Below are positions 1 to 11,500 of a stretch of 42,363 bases of DNA, in pieces. The translations under genes and the position numbers were made by a program. Source of the DNA: Guillardia theta CCMP2712 (Eukaryota > Protista > Cryptophyta); contig NW_005434575.1 in the NCBI RefSeq assembly GCF_000315625.1, forward strand, positions 241,208 to 283,570. The letters run 5' to 3'. The notes below the pieces were generated by a model that ran no database searches, was not told the origin of the DNA, and saw nothing but the letters and a program-made list of their open reading frames with translations. The number at the start of each line of letters is the position of its first letter. Position 1 is the first letter of the stretch.

Positions 1-142
1 CTCCTCTCCTCTCCTCTCCTCTCCTCTCCTTTCTCTCCTCTCCTCTCCCTCTCCTCCTCTCCACTTCCTCCTCTCTTCCACTCTCCTCTCCTCTCCTCTC
101 CTCTCTTTTCTACTTCCCTCCCCGCTCCTAACGTCCCGCCAG

Positions 143-319
143 GTTTCCATCCTAAGGCAGGAGCTTGTGGAGACGCACCATCAGCTCACCATGGCACTGG
201 AGCTGCTGGGAGCGAGGGAGGAGGAGCTGGACGATCTCAAGGAGACCATGGCGGAGCAGAAAGAGGTGTTCCGAATGCAGCTAGAGGCAGCGATAGGAGG
301 CAGGCAGGAGGGACAATAA
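143..319 (+). CDS. Last exon of a TMF1/golgin-like protein (TMF TATA-binding-type C-terminal domain); gene begins left of the window
   Basis: After a polypyrimidine tract and AG at 141-142, the exon reads VSILRQELVETHHQLTMALELLGAREEELDDLKETMAEQKEVFRMQLEAAIGGRQEGQ*. This resembles the TMF1/Sgm1 C-terminal motif LELLGEKxEEVEELRxDxxDLKEMYRxQI. Confidence 0.7.
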   Translation, partial: VSILRQELVETHHQLTMALELLGAREEELDDLKETMAEQKEVFRMQLEAAIGGRQEGQ

Positions 320-389
320 AGACATGTAAGCAGCAGCTGCTGTTTGTCGTCTTGCCCGAGGAGCTTCTCGCAATGGTTTTATTGGTTCT

Positions 390-1138
390 TTAAGCCAGGA
401 GCTCGTAGGGCACAGCGCACATGGTGTGGACGGGCTGCTTCTTGGCCTTAACGATGTAGCCGGGCTTGGGGTCCTTGGGAAGGCGCTTGAGGATTTCGAT
501 CCTCTCTGGCGGACACGAATGAGTCACAACTGGAGCAGCATGTGGAAGGGGAAGGGGGCAGGCGAGGAGGGGTAAGGTAGGAGGAGGGGGGGACGAGAGA
601 AAGAGGGGAAGGTAGAGGCGCGAGGGAGAAGGGAGAGAGAGCATCAAGAGCGGGGAGAGCAGAGAGACAATAGAGGAGGGGAAGAGAGGCAGGAGGGGAA
701 GCAGAACTCTCAAGGCAGGGCTAGGCAACGAGGATGAGAGGAGAGCAGAGCTCGTAACTCACTTCCTGCTCTCTTGGCCTTGGCCTTGACCTCCTCGTTG
801 TGCTTCACACGGGCCTTGAACTCATCCTGGCACTTGGAGGGCTTCACGTGCTCGATACGAACGTGGATGCGCTTGCTGAGAACACGTCCCTTGACCTGCT
901 TGTTCACCATGACGCCGAGCGCTCTCTTGGTCACGTTCCACACGCGGCCAGTGCGGCCATGGTAGTAGCGGTAGGGCATACCCTTGTGGATAGCTCCGTT
1001 CACCTTGATGTCGACAAAGTCGCCAAGCTTGTAGGTGGTGAGGTAGGTCGACATCGACGGCAGACCCTTCTCTCCAAAGGCCTTCTGGAACATGTCGCGC
1101 GTGTTGCGCCTAACTCCCCTTGCCTTTCCGCACCCCAT
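390..1138 (-). CDS. RPL21: 60S ribosomal protein L21 (eL21), two coding exons (1138-763, 505-390)
   Basis: Contains [37 protein letters not shown]...[20 protein letters not shown] intron at 762-506 joins in frame to [16 protein letters not shown]...PYELLA*. Confidence 0.97.
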
Positions 1139-2119
1139 CCTGCAGAAGAATGTGAGCGTGAATGTGAGCGAGGAATGAAGCATGCGTGTATTTGCTCTAT
1201 GTACATCTGCCGCGGCATCGATATACTGCCTCATAATGTCGCCACATACTTAAAGTCCACATAATGTCGCCAACATGCTCTATATACACTTCGCGATAGA
1301 TAGCTTTCGATTCTAAAGACAATCATGTCTTGAATACATAGATAACCAAGTCAGACTGACCCTGATACACCTTTCATACTGCACGTAGACTACCATTACA
1401 TATTCACTCTGCTCCTTTCAACCACTCAGAACTCAGATCTTTTCCTCACAAGACTTCATGAATTCTAAACAGCTGTCTTTGCACTCTCAGAAACAAAGGA
1501 AAAGAAAAAACAAGATGAGCATGCAAGAACAGCAGCACATTGACTGACGTCTCATCGTACATCCCAAGGTCAACATTTCGGCAAGATAGTGGCTGTTCGG
1601 CTTCAAGGTAGGTGAAGGAGAGAAAGATGCTCACAACAGATAGGGGAAACAGATGGAGGAAGGAAGAGCAGGACGAAGGAGCGAGAGGATCATGGCAGCG
1701 ACCATCACTGGGACAGCATGAGCAGCGACCACCCGCAGCAGCGCGTGCATGAGACGGTCGGTGGAGCCCTCGTGCTGCTATTTTTTTTTATCTTTGAAAA
1801 AAGAAGGCGAATCACAGGGATTATCCGAGTAAATCACAGAGATTAAATTGATCCACCCCCACCGGTAAGCAAAGCAGAATTTTGCTTCACAATGACCGGG
1901 GTACATAAGTAAACCCAACATGGTGGTGGGGTCTGGAACAAATATTAGGGGGTATTTCGGAGTAATTTATTGGGTAGGGGTAGTATTCTATTGGTGTGGG
2001 ATACGGTAGGGTAGTCCTCGTTGAATTGTAACGTATAGTAACGGTTTTACCGGCAACGGCAGTCGTAGCCTTGCCTACTGAGGAGTTACTGGCGATGTGC
2101 CCCCGACAAAAATGCGGGG

Positions 2120-2445
2120 GAGGAGCAAAAGAGGGAGCAGGAGCAGGAGCAGGAGCAGCAGGAGCAGCAGGAGCAGCAGGAGCAGCAGGAGCAGCAGGAG
2201 CAGCAGGCGGCAGCAGGAGCAGGAGCAGGCTGAGGGGCAGCCTCGGAGCGGCAGGAGTACCGGGAGAAGGAGAAGCAGGAGCAGGAGCGGGAGGAGCAGC
2301 GGCAGGAGCAGCCTGAGGGCACTCGCGGAAGCAGGAGGAGCAGGAGCAGGAGCAGGCTGAAGAGCAGGAGCAGGAGCAGGGGCAGGAGCAGGGGCAGTAG
2401 GAGCAAGAATAGGAGCAGGGAGCAGGGAGCAGGGGAAGCAGGAGT
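2120..2445. repeat. (GGAGCA)/(GCAGGAGCA) low-complexity repeat tract
   Basis: Seen directly. It produces spurious poly-AG and poly-SR ORFs. Confidence 0.9.
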
Positions 2446-2677
2446 AGAAGTTTGAAGAGATAAGAAGTGACTAGTCACTGATTTGAGTCAAGAGACGAGG
2501 GTGAGGGCAAGACTGATGAATGGCAAAGAGTGCACTTGAGCTATGGGCACGATCGGGTTGGAGATCAAAAGGAAATTGAAAGGAGGGAGAGGAAGAGAGC
2601 GTTCTGATGTGATGCTCTTGGTGTGGTCACAGGTGAAAGGTGGGGACGGAAGTCTCTCAGCGGGTGAAGAAGAGAGA

Positions 2678-2808
<131 letters not shown>

Positions 2809-2926
2809 AGTCAAAGTAACAATTGGTCGATGAGAGGATGGAGCTAGCGGAGTTACTTGTCTTGCTAGGAGAGTCACGCATCTAACTTGCTGTCTGACTT
2901 GAGCTCTTTGATTTGCAGTCGCTGCC

Positions 2927-4700
2927 ATGTCAGGCGTTGTCTACAACTACATCGGAGGCCCGGTCATGGTGAGCTTCACCCAGTCGGCGCCACATCCCTC
3001 TCAGACCCCATTCCCTCCTCCTACGACCTCAGCCATGCCGCAGCGCCTGGTGTACAACAACTCTGACCTGGTTCAGCTGAACCATCCTGCTACTTCTGCT
3101 TCTTACGCAAACTACTACTCCTCCCCCCTCGAGCTCGCGCCCTCTCGTGTCCCTACCTCCATCAACCAGGAAGGGACTGTCAAGGCAGCGGTGACGAGGA
3201 CAGCAGTCAACAACAAGCAGGAGGCGCCCTCATATCTCCGATATAGGAAGAGCCTGCCCTCCAGAGAGGTACTGGGACGTGAAAGAGCTGAGTGGGCTGA
3301 TATCCCGTCGCAGTCCATCACCTCAATATCCAAGACCGACAAGACTAACTCGATCGTGATTGAGGTGGGGAGAAGGAAAAGAGGGAAGGGAGGGGAGGGA
3401 GGGGAGGAAGGTGGAAGAGGAGGTGTTAGTAGTGGAGGAGGAAGCCGTTGTGGATTCGTGCTGACTTGGCTGGAAGGACGAGAAAGGACTGAAGCTGAGG
3501 CTCACGCAGAGCGTCGAGAAGTTTGTGTTAGCTCAATTGATCGATCGAGATGACGTTGATACCCTCATGATGGAGGACCAAGGTCCTGACTGACTTCACT
3601 GGCTCAGGGCAAGACTTTTGTGCTGCACTCTCTGAATGAAAGAGAAATGGTAGCTGAAGTGAGACCTGAAGCCTCCTCCCAGTCGCATTAACTCACTCGG
3701 CTCCTCTGACAGGGAATAGACAGTCTGATCCAGGGCTTGAAAAGATTGGCTTCCAGCTCCTGCCTCCTCCAGCTCTGGGATGGGTCGAGCAAGAGGCGGG
3801 TCGAGCTCAGATTTCCCCTCAAGATCTTCGCGCAGACAGAAGACCCTGACACATCCATCGGCAGCCTCCTCGTGTTTCAATCGCTCCCTGCTGAAGTTGG
3901 CTGCAGATACGGACAACGTGGCCTCGGAAGCTTTCCAGAAAGTTGTCGTCAAGGTTGAGCATCGCTCGAGTCCTCCCTCAAGGCTTCTGACTTCTCCTGT
4001 CAGTCCGCGTTCACCTCGCCCATGGACTCAGAGGTCTTTAGGGAGGGCGACGTCTTGGAAGTGATAGACAAGGCCAAGTTTGAAGGAACGCAGACAAGCT
4101 TGACTGTTGCTCTCGTGACATCTACCTCAGGTTGGTACTATGTCAGGAAGGAAAGCATGAAGAACGAGGCCAACGCCGTCCGCCTCTGCCCCTCCTACAT
4201 CTTCGACTTGTCGGAGTTTGAGATCAGCAAACTGTTCTGCAAGACTTCGTCGGAACCCTTCATGGTGCCTCTCCTCTTGTCCCGCTCACAGCAAGTCAAG
4301 TGAGTCATGAGCTCAGATCCTACAAGGAAGAAGCGATGCCGAGATGGGCGACACAGGCTCCTCCTTTGGTCTGCTCCCCAATCACCACCACCATCTCCTC
4401 CTCCTCCTCCTCCTCCTCCTCCATCACTACTACCATGTCAACCTTGCCCTCCTACCTCCTCCCTCCCCTTTCCTCCTACGAACTTATTCTCTATGTTTGC
4501 CAGATGCTTCCAACGCTCACTTCCCTTCCCCCTTCCTCCCTCAGTCTAGCTCCTCCATGCCGCCTGCCCTCAAGCTCGCGCCCGGATGTCTTGCCTACCG
4601 CGAGAGCGACAGAAGGGAGGATCTGATCCTCGACGGGGTGCTTGAAGGGGAAGGAGGAGTTCTCAGCATCAACTGCTGAGTCAAGCGCCATGCTCATCGT
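2927..4700 (+). CDS. Multi-exon protein of unknown function with a possible SH3-like segment; 3' end uncertain
   Basis: ATG follows a splice acceptor. There is a long first exon to ~3364 and several short GT-AG introns. Spliced reading VFREGDVLEVIDKAKFEG..GWYYVRKE..RLCPSYIF resembles SH3 motifs (F.EGD.I.V, GWW, G..PSNY). Confidence 0.5.
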
Positions 4701-4960
4701 CTCCTGCTCCTGCTCCTGCTCCTGCTCTCCCCTCCTCTCCTCACATCCTCTCTCTGACTACTCCTCTCATATGATCGACGCCCAACTCCCGTAATCATAA
4801 ATGTGCATATGTCTTAAGTTGTATGAAACCCGATGAAACATCAAGATGCGAGACAGCTGGTGCAGGTGCAAGTGAGGACGGGGAGGCAGAGGACTGCAAT
4901 GTATCTGTATTCCAGATGGGGATGCGGCAGAAGACAAGAATAACAAGAAGAGCAGGTATC

Positions 4961-6696
4961 TCACAGCCCTTTGTTGTAGTAGAACGACTTGACGGACGGC
5001 ATGAGCTCCTTCACCTTGGCCTGCAGCTCAGGCTCTAGAGCTTCCAACTTGATTTCAGCTTGTTGAGGAAAGATGGCACAGCACAGCGGAGTTGAGAAGG
5101 TGAGTGCAAACCTGCAAGGGAACGATGAGCAATGCTGTCCAGAGAGCAGAACACAGAGGAGAAGGAGGAGGAGGAGGAGGAGGAGGAGGAGGAGGAGGAG
5201 AGGAAGCAGAATGAGCATGAGCATGAAGAGCAGCACGAGCAGCAGCATGACACGCTCGTACCCGGTGACTAGGATGGTAACAGGGGCAGTAAGGAAGGGG
5301 AAGCGAGTAAGGAGCCCTCGCTTCTCGAGGAACGCCATGACGACGGGGGTCAGACCCATGGAAGGAACCGCCATTAGGACCCTGGAGGGGATCACCTGCA
5401 TGCAGCATGAGATAACTGAACGTCGGCACAACCTCGGCACACGAAGGGGGGAGCGGATCAAGGAAGGAACAAGCGCACTGGGTTTCATACCTGGCTGACG
5501 GCAGCCACAGCAGCATTCTTGCTCTTGCCCAGCTCGTTGCCATCCTTGTCTGCCACCATGATCCCTTCCTTCAGCTCAACTTGTCTCATCAGAGGGATGT
5601 TGACGCAGTTGGCACTGGCCACAGCGATGAGCGGGACAAATCGTCCAATAATCCCCTTGCTCAACGTCGGGCTCCTGGCGATCATCTTGTTCAACCCCAC
5701 CGCCACGACGCAGGAAGACCCAGTGGCGAGGAAGTAAGCCTGCGCCAGCATTTCGTTGGTGATGTTGGAGGAGGCGTTGCGGTTGGTGTAGTTGACGATG
5801 GCGTTGAACGACTGGTTCGCCCACTGCAGCAGGATCTGAGCTGGGTTGGAACGGTACCACACCATCATGGCGCCGGTGATAAGCATGTTGCCAGGGACCT
5901 GGCACGACATCCTGCCGGCAAAGAAGTTCTTCTCGCCTGTCTGCGGGTGAAACGCTGAGTCGTAGAGCTTCTTCGCATGCCAAACTTGCTCCTCAGTGGT
6001 CCCGGCAGGCTCCTTCTTCTCCCTGTAGAGGTCGAGGAGGTTCTTTGCAGCGTCAAGCTCTGCGATGAGATGTGTCAGTCAAGACAGACAACTGCGATCA
6101 GGAGCTGAAGATGCAGTCGCAGCCCTCCACCACACTGACGCTCGAGATGGAGGGTGGAGGAGAACGTGTGTAAGGATCCCAGAGGGAGCAGAAAGGACGG
6201 GTACACGGGACGAAGAGGATACTGACCAGCATTGGACGCCAGAATCGTTCTGGGGTCGGTGACTTCGAAGTAATGCTGTGCTCTTCCCCAGTAAGTCGAC
6301 TGGTCGTATCTTGGCTTGTCAAGATCGATTCGACCTGCGCGGATTTCTGGTCAGTCGGAGCATTCCCCTGGTACATGGCAGGAGCACGAGGACGTGGGAG
6401 AGCACAAGGAGAAGACAACACAGCATGCAGAAGAATGTGCACAGAGTGGGGGCAGATAGTGGCGCTTATACGAGCTTCCTCCACCCCCTCGCCGCAAACT
6501 ACTAATCCGTATCCCTCCTATCGCAATCCTAGGTTTCGACTCTCATATCGCACAGAAGACAACCACAGAGGCGGAGCAAGGAGATCCATCTCTTCCTGCT
6601 CAGCATCTTGTTCTCTTCCTCGCCCTTCCTCCCTCCCCTCCCTCTCATCCTCCTCCTCTCCATCGCCTCAGACTCTGACGTAGGCGCACCTGCCAT
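4961..6696 (-). CDS. SFXN: Sideroflexin (mitochondrial tricarboxylate/serine carrier family)
   Basis: A 7-nt first exon ATGGCAG (6696-6690) splices to [28 protein letters not shown]. The core has [19 protein letters not shown] and [21 protein letters not shown], and the C-terminus is FYYNKGL*; all are sideroflexin hallmarks. Confidence 0.96.
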
Positions 6697-7452
6697 GCTC
6701 CGCTCTTCCTGTCACGTTGGCGTCCTTTCACCCTACCTCTTACCTGGCCTACCCCCGCTTAAAATAAGCACCCCACTTTGATAGCGATTAGAAGACTCTA
6801 AAGTACCGGTATTTTACATCTTTACTGCTTCACTACCCTTCCCAATGTCCACCCACCCGCTGAGATTGTATTCCCCTAAGCCAACTTGAGGGGTGGGGGG
6901 CCATGTCTAATACTAGAAGCCAACCGGTTGTACCAAAACTTTAAGGATATATTTTTAAAAAAGTACCAGAAGGTTGTCTAAAATGACATATTGAACTTGT
7001 AAACACCTAGCATCTGTTTTTAAAACAAGTATCGATCACAATCGGTAGTTATAATAATTATTTATAAAATTTGGAAAACATTTATAAATAATATTCCATA
7101 AACAAGAATCTAACATATCTTGATAGTTTCAAAACAACAAAAAGAATTTGTTCGATGTATTGAAATATACAAGCTTCGTTTTAAGACCAACCATTGATAG
7201 ATTTGATCTCAGTAGATTCAGTACCAGAGGGAATACAGCTCAATACCGCACTAAACATATATCTAATATTAAATACAGGAGAGGTAGCAATCCATCCCTG
7301 CTAATCTGTAGTTGTCTGGTTGTTGGCTTGTGTTCTAAAAATAAGTTGTAAATTTGTACTGATTTCGTTATAATTGGGTTGTAAAAATGATTTCTTTGTG
7401 CCTTTTAAAATCATCATTCATATATCATGTCATATATTGACTAATTGTTTTT

Positions 7453-7860
7453 GTCACCGTCTGTGACGGCGGAACTTCGGAGTCCCGGCCCGGCCCTGAG
7501 TGCCACAGTGACTCGCGGGGCCGCGCCGGCTCCCGGCCCGGCCGGGGCGGCAATGGCATCGCCAAGTTGCCCAGACCCCGGGAGTCACATCATGTGACAG
7601 TGTGGCAAATTGAGCCTGGGCCGCGGAGGCCGGGCGACTCGGCGGCCATCGGCCTGATCGGCCGGCGACCCGGCTCGGCCTCCGACTCCGACAAACCCGG
7701 GCCCGGCAGTGACGCGCACTACGGTCACTGGCAAGCGGCCTAAAAATCTTCGGCCCAAGTTTCATCCGATTGGAAGTCCAGCCAGCGCCGGCAGACTCAG
7801 CCAGTGACTCGCGGCCCGACCCGCCGAGCCCGGGGCCGACGAGGCTGGGTCTGAGTGGAG
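7453..7860. promoter_or_regulatory. GC/CpG-rich block in divergent intergenic region
   Basis: Abrupt switch from AT-rich to very GC-rich sequence with recurring CGGCCC, GTGAC/GTCAC and ACTC words. Similar blocks occur at 28540-28890 and 41050-41220. Confidence 0.45.
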
Positions 7861-7921
7861 ATGAGGGGGCCAGGAGATGATTCTTGACTTTGACTAGTGC
7901 ACATCAATGGCGACCATTGGG

Positions 7922-8440
7922 ATGAAGAGAAGAGAAGAGAAGAGAAGAGAAGATGAGATGAGATGAGATGAGATGAGATGAGATGAGATGAGATGAGATG
8001 GGATGGGATGGGAAGAGATGAGATGAGAGGAGAGGAGAGGAGAGGAGATGAGATGAGATGAGATGAGATGAGATGAGATGGGAAGAGATCTGATGAGATG
8101 AGATAAGATGAGATAGGAAGAGAAGAGAAGAGAAGAGAAGAGATGAGATGAGATAGGAAGAGAAGAGATGAGATGAGATAAGATGAGACGAAAAGAGAAG
8201 ACAAGAGATAGGAACAGAAGAGAAGAGGAGAGGAGAAGAGAAGAGATTGGACGAGAAGAGAAGAGAAGAGAAGAGACGAGACGAGACGAGACGAGACGAG
8301 AAGAGACGAGAAGAGACGAGAAGAGGAGAGGAGAGGAGAGAAGAGAAGAGAAGAGCCTGAAAGACGAAGCAGAGAAGAGGAGGAGAGAAGAGGAGAGTGG
8401 AGAAGGGAAGAAGAAAAGACGAAGTGAAGAGAGAAAGAGG
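7922..8440. repeat. (GAGAT)n/(GAGAA)n/(GAGAC)n pentanucleotide purine-rich tract
   Basis: Seen directly. The S/L/I/H-rich ORFs over it are repeat artefacts. Confidence 0.92.
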
Positions 8441-8568
8441 CAACTAGTAGAGGAGGGATGAGCAGCATTAAATCTCCTGATTTCAGTACTCTCAGCAGAG
8501 TGTTGACTGGTAGACGCGCTCATGGTTGTGGTTGGTTGCAGGTATGAAGAAGGAAGAGGATTGAAGCC

Positions 8569-11500
8569 ATGAGAGGTCTTGCGGTCCTCGCATACGCGTC
8601 GCTCCTTCAGCTTGCATGGCTCGTGCTCCTGGCGCAAGGGTTGAGCTGCCCAGCAGGCAGCGAACCCCTCCTCTCCTCGGAGTTGGTGCAGCTAGTCAAA
8701 GAGTGCAACCTGACGTCGCAGTCACCCTGCTCTCTGCATTTCCCAGCTCTGACCTTGTCCGACACCTCCGAGCTCAACGTCTCCATCTACATTTCCCCGC
8801 ATAACGCCAGTGGTTACTTCCTCGCTGCCTCCTTTTCCATGTTCGCCTTCACCGAGAAGCTGTCTCGCGACTACCTCGGGAGCAACTGCACTGAGTTTGA
8901 CGTCTACACGTGGATCACCAAGACTTCTGACATTGCGCCCAACTCAGAGTTGAGCATAAGGATCAACGGGTCGAGCAGCAACACAAGCTCCTGCCCCTCC
9001 CTCCTTGCACGAGTTCAAGTCAGCTACACGCCTGCCTGCCGCCCCTGCGCCCAAGGGAGCTATGCCGGCGTGAATTCCTCATCCTGCGAAGCTTGTCCTG
9101 CCCTATCTACCTCCCCCGGCGGCAGTATTGCGCTAGACAACTGTACCTGCCAGGCAGGATACACGGGCAAAAACATCAGCGACTGCCAGGGTTGCCCGGC
9201 AGGACAGTTCAAGGGCTTGATGGGCTTCCAGGCCTGTGATGACTGCCCCGTGGGAACCTACTCGCAGCTGGAGGGCAGCTCGGCGTGTACCAACTGCCCG
9301 ATGGGGATGACGTCGGTGGGAGGCACCAGCAGCTGCATCTGTGCTGGGGGTTACGTGTTTGAAGCTGCCTTCCGATGCTTTCCTTGTCCAGCAGGCTCGT
9401 TCAAGAACGCGACGGGCAATGGAACGTGCTCGGTCTGCGGGGACGGCACTTATGCCTCCAGCAACGGGACGGTCGTCTGTCTCTCCTGCCCCAAGGGATC
9501 GTACCGAGAGAAACCCCCCCAACTACACGGAGACGGACGCAGTGAACTGTCAGGACTGCTTCCCACACAGCTCGACGGCTGCAATGGGGAGCTTAACGAT
9601 CGACTCTTGCAAGTGTGTGCCAGGGTACAAGCAGGACGGGTACTCCTGCTCAGCTTGTCCTGCCCTCACCTTCACCTCTCAGCCTGGCATGACGACCTGT
9701 GCGCCGTGTGACCCCGGTTACTTCTCTCACATTGCGAGCTCGGAGTGCACGGCCGACGTGGTGGACGTGCTGGTGGAAGTCTTCGTCTCGGGGGACGTGG
9801 ACGCCTTCACGCTCGACCTCCAGAGCAACCTGACGCAGGTTCTCTCCTCCCTGTTCCTCCTCCCCCTCGACCTCGTTTACTTCGTCTCCTCGGCGCTGGT
9901 GGGGGGAACTCAGTCCAACAACCTGGTCGAGCAGGGCAACGTCACAGTCTCCAACGCCTCCAACGCCACTGAATTGTCAAACTCGACCAACTCATCCAAC
10001 ACCACAGATTCCTTCAACTCCTCCGATATATTGTCCACCCCTCCCTCCACAACCCCCTTGCCCTCTTCCTCCTCCTCTCCCGTCGTCAAGGCCACCTGGA
10101 GGGTCATGGCAGCACGCAGCTTCTTCGCATCGTTACTCCAGACCTTCGACCGCCAGCAGTTCCTGCGCGACTTCAACGCGTCTCATGTCCTCAACATCGT
10201 CTTCACCGAGCGGTGTGGAGCAGGCAGGCAGAGGAATGCGACGGGCAGCTGCGAAGCTTGTCCTGTCGGCACCTTCAAGAACGCCTCCGACGACTCCCAG
10301 TGCTTTCCTTGCCGGTCTAACGCGAGCACAGCAGGAGAGGGGGTCATACTAAGCACAGACTGCCTGTGCCTCCCCGGGTACAAGTTCGTGAGTTTCGACT
10401 CTCCCTGCGAGCCTTGCAGTCCGGGCTCCTACTCCAACACCCTTGCCAACCAGGATTGCCAGCTCTGTGCTGCCAACACCTACAACAGCAAGCTGGCGTC
10501 TACCTCCTGCACCGCCTGCCCTCCGAGGTCTGTGTCAGGGGAGGGAAGCCCTTCCATCTCCTCCTGCCTCTGTGTTCCTGGTTACCGTCCGGACTCGACA
10601 GCAAGCTCCTTCTCCTGCAGGATGTGCCCCGTCAACACGTACAAGAACTTCACGGGCAACACAGAGTGCGTGTCCTGCCCGCCGCACTCCGTCTCTTCCA
10701 TGCGCACTGTCGACATCAAGTACTGCCGGTGTGACTTCGGGTATACAGGGCCCAACACCAACTGCACCCCCTGCCCTGCAGGTACAAGGACCCCTCTTGC
10801 GTGCTCAGATGAGAAATAATCTCCTCCCTACCTTACGCTCTTGTCCTTTCACTCGTACTTCTCCATCCTCCTCATCGTCAGATTCCAAACCCTCACGGCC
10901 TCGTGTGCAGGAACTTACAAGGAGTATCCGGGGCCATACCGATGTGAGATCCTCTTTCCGAATACTCCTCATCCAGCACCTCCTCCCTCCCTCCCTCCCT
11001 CCCTCTCCTCCTTCCCTCCCTTCCCTTCCCTTCCATCCCTCCACTCCCTCCCCCTTCCCTCCCTCCTCCCTCCCTCTGCCTCTCATTCTCTGCCTCCCTC
11101 TCCTTTTCTCCTCCTCACTTTTCCTCCTCCTTTTTCTCACCTCTCCTCCCACCTTCTCTCCTTCCCTCCTGACAGCCCTGATCTCCAGGTGAGAAATGCC
11201 CGAGCAACATGTACTCTACCCGGGTTGCCTCCGTCTCTTCTCTCACTTGTACCTCCTGCCCCAACAACACCATCTCGTCGCCTGGGAGCGGATCTATCAA
11301 TCGCTGCGAGTAACGCCTCCTTCCTGCTCTCCCCAGTTACTTTCATGCTCGTCCTCGTCCTCGTCCTTCTGCTCCTCTTCCTTCTACAGCTCCTTGTCAT
11401 CCGTCCTGCTCCTCCCATTCTCCTCCTCCTCCTGTTCTCGTACTCCTAATCGTGCTGCTGCTCCTGCTGCTGCTCCTCCTCTTCATCTTCGTCCTCTTTC

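Noticed and set aside
1340-1470. Possible intronic C/D snoRNA upstream of RPL21 (CTGA words on the minus strand)
   Set aside because: No convincing C box (RTGATGA), terminal stem or recognisable rRNA-complementary guide.
7797-8637. Long S/L/I-rich ORFs on the minus strand
   Set aside because: Artefacts of pentanucleotide repeats lacking stop codons.
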